A stretch of 24,411 nt of DNA, taken from a virus (taxonomy: Duplodnaviria; Caudoviricetes). Every line of letters starts with the position of its first letter. Positions within the stretch are counted from its first letter, which is position 1. Positions 1-6,470 of the stretch are shown here, in pieces. Both the position numbers and the translations under genes were made by a program. The notes under the pieces were generated by a model, which was given only the letters and a program-made list of their open reading frames with translations, did no database searches and was not told where the DNA came from. The stretch covers positions 1 to 24,411 of the IMG/VR virus record IMGVR_UViG_3300031519_004513. The stretch is one strand, 5' to 3'.

Positions 1-487
1 CAGTTGCACTACCATTTAATGTTAAGGTGCCTGTAATATTCATTGCGCCAGCTGTAGTGTAAACGCCTGGGCCTAATGTTTCACTGCCGTGTGTTGCCGC
101 GTGATCCGTAACTGTTGCTGTAAGTGCTACTAATCTATCGTACAGAGCAACTAAATCTGTTTTAGCTTGAGCAGTTTCACTAGAGGTAGTGTTTACTGTG
201 AACTGGCTGTTAAAATTTACTAATTGCGGAACGTTGTTTGGAACGTCATGTGTCATGCCCGTAATGATAGTAGGAGTACTAGACGTTATAGCAACTGAAG
301 TATCGTTGTTATCTCTTTTTGTAATTATTCTAGTACATAATCCGTTGCCGCCTGGCGTTTCGCCATCGCTTATTCGAAGTGTATTAGTAATTGAGTCGTA
401 CCATAAACGCCCACGTTGACCTACTCTAGCAGTGCCGTCTTCGATATTGCGGCGTTGCGATCGAAAGTCTTGTGTGAAATCAGACAT
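1..487 (-). CDS. Tail-fibre-like protein, Mtd_N-like N-terminus plus DUF3494 (ice-binding-like) domain; runs off window edge
   Basis: Not in ORF track. ATG at 487 abuts the upstream TAA (488-490) and the frame is open to the edge. Translation MSDFTQDFRSQRR..GRLWYDSITNTLRISDGETPGG..ETAQAKTDLVALYDRL..HAATHGSETLGPGVYTTAGAMNITGTLTLNG. Confidence 0.8.
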   Translation of the reverse strand, partial: MSDFTQDFRSQRRNIEDGTARVGQRGRLWYDSITNTLRISDGETPGGNGLCTRIITKRDNNDTSVAITSSTPTIITGMTHDVPNNVPQLVNFNSQFTVNTTSSETAQAKTDLVALYDRLVALTATVTDHAATHGSETLGPGVYTTAGAMNITGTLTLNGSAT

Positions 488-754
488 TTATTGAGATTTG
501 CTAAGATGTACAATTCTCTTTAGAGTATCGCCGCCATCTTCAGCGCCTATATTGTCTGGTTGTGTAAGTTTGTCTATTACGGGGGATTGTTTGCCTAGGT
601 TGGCTTTTGCTAATTCAAGTTCTTGTTGCTGTGGAGCAACCATAACGGGATTATTGGGTAATCCAGATTGGTCATTATCTGGAGCATTATCTGTATTATT
701 ATCTGTAGCATCTAACGTATCTGCGAACGCTCTTAATATATCTGACATCTTCAT
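488..754 (-). CDS. Hypothetical acidic phage protein (88 aa)
   Basis: AGGAG SD upstream; in series with its neighbours; N-terminus MKMSDIL resembles the head-protein leaders further right. Confidence 0.75.
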   Translation of the reverse strand: MKMSDILRAFADTLDATDNNTDNAPDNDQSGLPNNPVMVAPQQQELELAKANLGKQSPVIDKLTQPDNIGAEDGGDTLKRIVHLSKSQ

Positions 755-766
755 ACTTTGTTCTCC

Positions 767-1228
767 TTATGTCCAGGGTCGGCCTGCTTGCAATGTTTGG
801 GTGTTCTCATCATCGTCTGCATTAACCGCATTTGCTTCGTAAGGATTAGGTAGTCTGTTCTTATTGAATGTTTTTAACGTCCTATAGTAAACAGCATTAG
901 TATCTGCCGCGGCAAGCCCCTCACGTTTAGCTTGTGCAATAGCACCCTTTTGTTCTTGACGTGCTTCTTTATTGCCAGTCTTTAACGGAACACAAACAAC
1001 TAAGTCTGCTTCAACAAGGCCTGCGGCTGTTAATGTTTTTGCACCATCATTAGCTTGATTGATAGCAGGGTTTTTATTAGCACGTACTTCACCGTACATT
1101 CCTACTGTAATAGGAGCGCCTTCAATGGCCCTTATTAGTGCAGTAAGTCCGTTCATTGTAGTTGATGCAAACGTAACAGTTACATCAAACATTACGCCTG
1201 TTAGTCCCTTACATTTAATTGTTGCCAT
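767..1228 (-). CDS. Hypothetical protein with ubiquitin-like (beta-grasp) N-terminal domain
   Basis: GGAG SD and TAAATA upstream. IKCKGLTG..TALIRAIEGAP..DGAKTL aligns by eye with ubiquitin IFVKTLTG..KAKIQDKEGIP..DGRTL. Confidence 0.7.
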   Translation of the reverse strand: MATIKCKGLTGVMFDVTVTFASTTMNGLTALIRAIEGAPITVGMYGEVRANKNPAINQANDGAKTLTAAGLVEADLVVCVPLKTGNKEARQEQKGAIAQAKREGLAAADTNAVYYRTLKTFNKNRLPNPYEANAVNADDDENTQTLQAGRPWT

Positions 1229-1252
1229 GTTTTATACTCCGGTTGTTAAGTA

Positions 1253-1258
1253 TATTTA
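1253..1258 (-). promoter_or_regulatory. Putative late promoter (TAAATA)
   Basis: AATAAATATA on the minus strand 25 nt before ATG 1228; same core recurs before many genes. Confidence 0.6.
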
Positions 1259-1301
1259 TTCAATACTGTAATACTACTGTTTACAGATGATAAGTAATAC
1301 T

Positions 1302-1493
1302 ATGTTAAAGATGATACAAGAGTGGATGAAAGACTATGAAGCAGTTCAAAGTGAACTACGAGATATGGGAATTATCAACTATTGTAGTCCGTGTATAGGA
1401 GTTGTGTCTTGGATAGACCACAAACAATTAGAGAAGTATTTTAATGATAGACAGAACACCGTTTCAAAAGACAATAGAAAAACTAAAAGCTGA
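1302..1493 (+). CDS. Small hypothetical protein (probable start 1302, MLKMIQEW)
   Basis: ORF track 1287..1493. The variant late motif ATAAGTA (1290-1296) lies 5 nt before ATG 1302. Overlaps the hemA start by 50 nt. Confidence 0.55.
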   Translation: MLKMIQEWMKDYEAVQSELRDMGIINYCSPCIGVVSWIDHKQLEKYFNDRQNTVSKDNRKTKS

Positions 1494-2634
1494 AGGCAAA
1501 TATAGAGTCTTTAATGATATTCTCCGTGAGAAGGGAGCGTATCCAAATGCTATCTGGTACGGCCCATATAACATAAAGAACATTGTTAATTGGTGCAGTA
1601 ACGATTACCTAGGCATGGGACAAAATAAAGTAGTGTTAGACGCAATGCATACCGCACTTGATCAAACAGGTGCAGGAGCAGGCGGAACTAGAAACATTGC
1701 AGGCACAAGTCATTATCACGTAGCATTAGAATTACAACTAGCTAGGCTTCATTCGAAGTCAGCGGCACTACTATATACTTCTGCTTATGTTGCAAACGAA
1801 TGGACGTTGGTTGCTCTTAAACAAATCATACCAGACATTGTGTATCTAAGTGACAGCAAGAACCACGCTTCACTTATTCAAGGCATGCGTCACAGTGGTG
1901 CTGACAAAGTAATTTGGACGCACAATGATTTAGAGGACCTCGAGGAAAAGCTAAAGAACGTGTCAGGTACGCCTTGTATCGTTTTTGAATCTGTGTATAG
2001 CATGGATGGAGACGTTTCGCCTATGCTCGACATTTGCAACCTAGCAGACAAGTATGGTGCTATGACATACATTGACGAAGTTCATGCTGTTGGCCTTTAC
2101 GGCATAACAGGAGCAGGCAAGTTAGAAGAACTTGGATTGCAGAACAGGGTTGATATTGTTAATGGCACATTAGGTAAAGCCTTCGGAGTACAGGGAGGAT
2201 ATATTGCTGGGGATGCAATCGTCGTAGACGCTATTCGTTCTGTTGCTTCGGGCTTTATCTTTACGACATCAGCGAGTCCAGTTATATGCGCTGGCGCTTT
2301 GGCAAGCGTTAAGTATGTGATGGACCATAACACGTTGCGTGAGCAACATCAATTACAGGCAACAAAGTTAAAAGAGAAGTTAGCAGAAGCGGGCATTGAA
2401 ATACACCCTAGCTGTACTACTCATATTGTTCCTGTAATGGTTAGAGATCCACTTCGCTGTAAGAAACTGAGTGATGTATTGCTAGAAGAACACGGAATAT
2501 ATTGTCAGTCAATAAACTACCCTACTGTGGAAGAGGGGACAGAAAGACTCCGATTTGCACCGACACCGTTACACACAGATGCGATGATCAGCGAATTGGT
2601 AGACTCATTAAGGAAAGTATTAAATGAACATTAA
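1444..2634 (+). CDS. hemA: 5-aminolevulinate synthase (PLP-dependent, C4/Shemin pathway)
   Basis: [56 protein letters not shown] (PLP lysine), [17 protein letters not shown]. Confidence 0.95.
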   Translation: MIDRTPFQKTIEKLKAEGKYRVFNDILREKGAYPNAIWYGPYNIKNIVNWCSNDYLGMGQNKVVLDAMHTALDQTGAGAGGTRNIAGTSHYHVALELQLARLHSKSAALLYTSAYVANEWTLVALKQIIPDIVYLSDSKNHASLIQGMRHSGADKVIWTHNDLEDLEEKLKNVSGTPCIVFESVYSMDGDVSPMLDICNLADKYGAMTYIDEVHAVGLYGITGAGKLEELGLQNRVDIVNGTLGKAFGVQGGYIAGDAIVVDAIRSVASGFIFTTSASPVICAGALASVKYVMDHNTLREQHQLQATKLKEKLAEAGIEIHPSCTTHIVPVMVRDPLRCKKLSDVLLEEHGIYCQSINYPTVEEGTERLRFAPTPLHTDAMISELVDSLRKVLNEH

Positions 2635-3040
2635 GAAAATATTTTGGTTCAGCTTAGGCTGTATCTTATTAGGAGTCGCCTTCATTGGTGTCTACCTACC
2701 TGGGCTCCCTTGGAGTACCCCAGCTGTTGGAGCGGCGTATTGCTTTGCTAAGTCAAGCGATCGTATGCATAATTGGATTATGAATCACAAACTGTTTGGA
2801 CCATTCCTAACAGGTTGGGCAGAGAAGCGAGTCTTCCCTACTAAGTTCAAATACTTTATGCTTGTAACAATGAGTTCAAGTGTAGCAGTACTTTGGTTTA
2901 CTACAGGTAATCCTAAGGCTGTACTATGGAGCGGAGGCTTTATGGCCCTTTGTGCCATATGGGCTTGGCGATTTCCGGGATCACATGAAGAACATCAAAG
3001 ACGTAAGGATGCAGGCAAAAAGATCGCCTGGTTAAAATAA
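2624..3040 (+). CDS. ybaN: YbaN/DUF454 family inner-membrane protein
   Basis: [47 protein letters not shown] matches the DUF454 pattern; hydrophobic helices. Confidence 0.85.
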   Translation: MNIKKIFWFSLGCILLGVAFIGVYLPGLPWSTPAVGAAYCFAKSSDRMHNWIMNHKLFGPFLTGWAEKRVFPTKFKYFMLVTMSSSVAVLWFTTGNPKAVLWSGGFMALCAIWAWRFPGSHEEHQRRKDAGKKIAWLK

Positions 3041-3047
3041 AGTCAAT

Positions 3048-3078
3048 AAAAAAGGACACATTAATTTGTGTCCTTTTT
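3048..3078. terminator. Bidirectional intrinsic terminator
   Basis: AAAAAA-GGACACA-TTAATT-TGTGTCC-TTTTT between convergent units. Confidence 0.85.
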
Positions 3079-3083
3079 CTTAT

Positions 3084-3179
3084 TTAAATTACAAAACAAT
3101 AAACAATGTAGATGACTGCTACTAATGCACCAACCATCCCATCGATTGCTTTTGCGTGGGCGTGTTCTTCTTCACTCAT
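3084..3179 (-). CDS. 31-aa single-TM micro-protein
   Basis: MSEEEHAHAKAIDGMVGALVAVIYIVYCFVI*; TAATG overlap with the upstream ORF; ends just before the terminator. Confidence 0.55.
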   Translation of the reverse strand: MSEEEHAHAKAIDGMVGALVAVIYIVYCFVI

Positions 3180-3211
3180 TATTCAAACTCATATTCGTCA
3201 TTAGTCCACAT
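3179..3211 (-). CDS. 10-aa mini-ORF MWTNDEYEFE
   Basis: TAATG overlaps at both ends (3211 and 3179). Confidence 0.4.
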   Translation of the reverse strand: MWTNDEYEFE

Positions 3212-3366
3212 TAGGAATTATACATTGAATGTTTGTGATCAGCAATCTCTTTCGCGGCAGTATAGTGCCCTAGAGTGCGAAGCTGTTGAATGGCCATGCA
3301 GTATGCTCTATACTCTTGTGCTTTGATAAAACGCTTCCAGCCTCTAACTAAAAAGTTATCTTCCAT
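3211..3366 (-). CDS. 51-aa small protein (MEDNFLVRGWKRF...)
   Basis: Start reassigned to ATG 3366, in TGATG overlap with the upstream ORF. Confidence 0.65.
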   Translation of the reverse strand: MEDNFLVRGWKRFIKAQEYRAYCMAIQQLRTLGHYTAAKEIADHKHSMYNS

Positions 3367-3464
3367 CACAAGCCTTCGAGTGTTAAAAAGCCAGCATACG
3401 AACGACAATTTGCTTTTTGCGATGTTTTCCAACGCTTTAATCCTGCTAACAAAAATGTATCCAT
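3366..3464 (-). CDS. 32-aa small protein
   Basis: MDTFLLAGLKRWKTSQKANCRSYAGFLTLEGL*; starts 2 nt after the DUF1127 stop, with GAGGAAG upstream. Confidence 0.5.
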   Translation of the reverse strand: MDTFLLAGLKRWKTSQKANCRSYAGFLTLEGL

Positions 3465-3466
3465 GA

Positions 3467-3688
3467 TTAGTTTCTTCCTCTATCTACAGTTCCGCCACGA
3501 CAGATGTGATTGATGTCACCGCGTGTGATACCAATGTCTTTTAATTCGTAATCGCTTAACCTGCTTAGTTGCTTATAACCCTTGTGGTCGAAACTAGAAT
3601 CAAATCTGCTTTCAGTTACAAATCCTTTGAAGAATTTTGCGACTGTATCACATAATGAACAGTAAACTTGTGTAAGTGCTGTACTCAT
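3467..3688 (-). CDS. DUF1127 (YjiS-like) small protein
   Basis: KQLSRLSDYELKDIGITRGDI is the DUF1127 signature; AGGAG SD; ATGA overlap. Confidence 0.88.
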   Translation of the reverse strand: MSTALTQVYCSLCDTVAKFFKGFVTESRFDSSFDHKGYKQLSRLSDYELKDIGITRGDINHICRGGTVDRGRN

Positions 3689-3867
3689 TTCTCATCTCCT
3701 AGCATAAGCGCTCTGGCTTCTTTGTGCATACCCATACGTGTAAGTTCAGACGCCGCTCTTGCTTTGCCAGCAGACTCGCCGAGTGCCCAAATATTATATA
3801 GTGTTGATGTTGCGATTGATTTAACTGCTTCGCAAATTGAGCAGTAGTAAGTACTAATAGTTGTCAT
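3685..3867 (-). CDS. 60-aa small protein (probable start 3867)
   Basis: TAATG overlap at 3867; MTTISTYYCSICEAV..GKARAASELTRMGMHKEARALM. Confidence 0.7.
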   Translation of the reverse strand: MTTISTYYCSICEAVKSIATSTLYNIWALGESAGKARAASELTRMGMHKEARALMLGDEK

Positions 3868-4088
3868 TATACCCATCCTGTAAGGTTTGTGTTTTGTGAT
3901 TTAAGTGCGCCATCGTTCCAAGGGTGTATATCCTTGCGTGTTGGTGGTGCGCCGTTGTTTTCTAGCATATGCTGATAAGCAAACTGCCAGTCTTTATTAT
4001 ACTCTGTCTTTGCCCATACGAGGTAATCGTTTTTAGAGGATGGTTTAGATCCAAACAATTGCCGTAGGACTGTAAACACTTTTTTCAT
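3867..4088 (-). CDS. 73-aa small hypothetical protein, first gene of the operon
   Basis: CAGGAG SD; DYLVWAKTEYNKDWQFAYQHM. Confidence 0.75.
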   Translation of the reverse strand: MKKVFTVLRQLFGSKPSSKNDYLVWAKTEYNKDWQFAYQHMLENNGAPPTRKDIHPWNDGALKSQNTNLTGWV

Positions 4089-4112
4089 AGTGATCTCCTG
4101 TTTCTATAGTTT

Positions 4113-4220
4113 TGGATGCTTGAGGAATAGCAATACCCCGGAACTTCCCCGGCGGTGCATGTACCTTTGGTACACGTCAATCGCTTTTAAGGCATGTGAT
4201 AAGTGCCCATAGTCTATCCT
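4113..4220 (-). ncRNA. Candidate structured RNA (5' leader or sRNA), family unassigned
   Basis: GC-rich non-coding island with nested stems GGAU/AUCC, GGGCA/UGCCU, AGCGAU/AUUGCU, CGUGUACC/GGUACAUG and ACC-G-CCGGGG/UUCCGG-GGU. G-U pairs favour the minus strand. Confidence 0.6.
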
Positions 4221-4269
4221 ATGTGTCTGTGTGTTGTCAAATCACCATCTAATAGCTCTTTAACACTGT

Positions 4270-4307
4270 TATTTATATAATAGTACACTCTTTATTACTT
4301 AAAGTCG
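4270..4307 (-). promoter_or_regulatory. Leftward promoter: weak sigma70-like plus TATAAATA
   Basis: TCGACT-N16-TACTAT (4307-4280), then a perfect TATAAATA (4277-4270). Confidence 0.6.
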
Positions 4308-4341
4308 ACTCCTTTTTGCATTAATTTGGCAAATACCCGCT

Positions 4342-4356
4342 ATGCATTTAACGCAT
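4342..4356. promoter_or_regulatory. Putative LysR-type regulator site
   Basis: ATGC-N7-GCAT dyad containing T-N11-A, between divergent promoters. Confidence 0.45.
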
Positions 4357-4368
4357 GCCTTAAATCTC

Positions 4369-4404
4369 TTGACTTACACTTGTATTAGTAGTATACTATA
4401 AATA
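4369..4404 (+). promoter_or_regulatory. prs promoter: sigma70 plus late motif
   Basis: TTGACT-N17-TATACT (4369-4397) overlapping TATAAATA (4397-4404). Confidence 0.75.
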
Positions 4405-4444
4405 TAACTTTACAGCAGTTCAACCACAGAGAAGAGGATCCCCA

Positions 4445-5380
4445 TTGAAAATGAAAATCATCACAGGCAATGCTAACCCCGCGTTGGCACAAGAGATTGC
4501 AGAGAGATGCTTTGCAACCTTAGTTCCTGCAAAAGTCAGTATGTTCGCAGACGGAGAAACAAGCGTAGAGTTCCATGATAACATTAGAGGCGAGGATGTA
4601 TTCATTATACAAAGTACATGTACTCCTGTTAACGACAGTCTAATGGAACTGTTGATTATGATTGATTCGGCAAAGCGATCAAGTGCGGCACGTATTACAG
4701 CAGTTATACCGTACTTCGGTTATGCTAGACAGGATCGCAAGAGTGCAAGTCGCACACCTATTACTGCAAAGTTAGTAGCAGACTTGCTTACCACAGCAGG
4801 AGCAAATAGGATCCTTACAATGGACCTACATGCAGGACAGATACAAGGCTTCTTTAACATTCCAGTTGATGACTTAACAAGCCGTTTGGTATTTGCTAAA
4901 GACATTCAGTATAATGTAGGAACAGATGCTACAGTGTTTGTAAGTCCAGATGCAGGCGGTGTTGTTCGTGCTAGAAAGTTTGCAGACATGTTCCACGCAG
5001 ACATTGCTATAGTAGACAAGATGCGTCCTGAAGCAGGTAAGAGTGAAGTTATGAACTTGATCGGCGATGTTAAAGATAAACACGCCATTCTGGTTGATGA
5101 CATTATTGACAGTGGCGGCACACTATGTAATGCGGCAAAGGCTATTATGGATGCAGGTGCGCTAAGTGTTCGTGCATATATTACACACGGAGTATTGTCA
5201 AGCGAAGCATGTCAGAAGGTTGAAAAGAGTGTACTCACAGAACTTGTAGTTACTAATTCAATCGGTGACCGTTGTCCTAAAAACTGTAAAAAGACACGAC
5301 AGGTAAGTGTCGCGCCTTTGTTTGGTGAAGCTATCCGTAGGGTAACTAACGAAGAGTCAGTTAGCAGTTTGTTTGGTTAG
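4445..5380 (+). CDS. prs: Ribose-phosphate pyrophosphokinase
   Basis: FADGE, VIPYFGYARQDRK, MDLHAGQIQGFF, VSPDAGGVVRA, LVDDIIDSGGT, THGVLS. Start is TTG 4445 or ATG 4451. Confidence 0.96.
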   Translation: MKMKIITGNANPALAQEIAERCFATLVPAKVSMFADGETSVEFHDNIRGEDVFIIQSTCTPVNDSLMELLIMIDSAKRSSAARITAVIPYFGYARQDRKSASRTPITAKLVADLLTTAGANRILTMDLHAGQIQGFFNIPVDDLTSRLVFAKDIQYNVGTDATVFVSPDAGGVVRARKFADMFHADIAIVDKMRPEAGKSEVMNLIGDVKDKHAILVDDIIDSGGTLCNAAKAIMDAGALSVRAYITHGVLSSEACQKVEKSVLTELVVTNSIGDRCPKNCKKTRQVSVAPLFGEAIRRVTNEESVSSLFG

Positions 5381-6138
5381 TCTTGGTCAGCTTCGATGTG
5401 CTTGATGTACTCAACCATTGAGTGATCACCAAAGTTATCGATCTTACCTTTCTTGATGCCCATCCACATACCGCGCAGTCTGTCTTTAAACATCTGCCAG
5501 CCTGTAGGCTTACGAACATTTCCGTATGCATTAATGTAATGCTCAGTACCGTGATGTTTAAATCCCATAACAGCAAGAGGAACAGTAGTGACAATGTCGT
5601 TATTGTTCTTCCACCTGTGATGTATAACATTTAAACTGTTGCAATACTCTCTCCAACCCACACGTGGACTACCGTATGTGAATAGTTCAACAGGATCGTT
5701 TAGTTCTACATTATGTTTTGCTCTGCTTGCCATAATAGTTGCCATGGCCGCTCCTAAACTATGTCCACAAAACCAAAGTGTTTTGGTAACATTAGTCTTA
5801 CGATTAATATCTTCTTCAATCATTGGCCAAAGGTCATCTACCTCTGTCTTAAATCCAATGTGTACTCGTCCTACCGTTTCAGCCATTACCGGAATAGCTT
5901 TTAGATCTGCTTTTAGATCGTTAAATTCAGTTGGTTGCGTTCCTCTGCAGGCGATAACCAAATCTGTCTTGTTCATGAAACGGTATGCTTGAGCACCGTC
6001 CTTTTCATAAAACTCTATTGTTGTGAAACCTAACCGTTTTGCTTGACTCTTTGCTTCTTTGGTGTTATTATATGCTATACTTGATAACTTAGCAAACAAC
6101 AAGGATTTTTCTTTGAAACTTAACTTTTCTATTGACAT
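5377..6138 (-). CDS. Lipase class 3 family alpha/beta hydrolase
   Basis: VIACRGT, VHIGF, GHSLG nucleophile elbow, TYGSPRVG, NNNDIVTTVP, DHSM. Confidence 0.9.
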   Translation of the reverse strand: MSIEKLSFKEKSLLFAKLSSIAYNNTKEAKSQAKRLGFTTIEFYEKDGAQAYRFMNKTDLVIACRGTQPTEFNDLKADLKAIPVMAETVGRVHIGFKTEVDDLWPMIEEDINRKTNVTKTLWFCGHSLGAAMATIMASRAKHNVELNDPVELFTYGSPRVGWREYCNSLNVIHHRWKNNNDIVTTVPLAVMGFKHHGTEHYINAYGNVRKPTGWQMFKDRLRGMWMGIKKGKIDNFGDHSMVEYIKHIEADQD

Positions 6139-6162
6139 ACTTCGCCCCCTTCATTATAGTAA

Positions 6163-6188
6163 TATTTATGTTGCTAATCAACTAAATA
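6163..6188. promoter_or_regulatory. Back-to-back late promoters
   Basis: TAAATA on minus (6163-6168, towards the lipase) and on plus (6183-6188, towards 6210). Confidence 0.6.
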
Positions 6189-6209
6189 CCATATAAGGAA
6201 CGTAACATA

Positions 6210-6470
6210 ATGAAAAAAGCTACTAGATCAATACTTGAAGAACTGAATAATCTTAATATTCATCGGAATAAAGAAAGTCTTATTGAAACATCAGGACTAA
6301 ATCTTATCGATAGTACTATTAACTTGTTTAATAAAATTAATGAACACTATTCAGCAGAAGAAGCACTTGAGCTAGAACGTAGGTTTATTAACAGTATTAA
6401 AAGTGCCGACCCAAAGAAGTTCAAACGCGGCCTTGGTAAAATTAATGAGAGTAAAAAAAATGACAAGTAA
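6210..6470 (+). CDS. Hypothetical phage protein (86 aa)
   Basis: AAGGA SD; follows the late motif. Confidence 0.75.
   Translation: MKKATRSILEELNNLNIHRNKESLIETSGLNLIDSTINLFNKINEHYSAEEALELERRFINSIKSADPKKFKRGLGKINESKKNDK

Noticed and set aside
767-1228. Complete ubiquitin conjugation system
   Set aside because: No C-terminal GG, and no E1, E2 or JAB gene recognised in the window.
3041-3466. CcsR/cuckoo sRNA repeats downstream of DUF1127
   Set aside because: No CCUCCUCCC-loop hairpins found; the region is occupied by micro-ORFs.
3640-3867. c-type heme attachment motif
   Set aside because: CxxC is followed by D or E, not H.
4113-4220. tRNA, or glycine/cobalamin riboswitch
   Set aside because: No T-loop or cloverleaf geometry; glycine and B12 consensus cores are not matched.
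6451-6470. A8 run as a second frameshift site
   Set aside because: The downstream ORF is in the +1 frame and has its own ATG at 6460.
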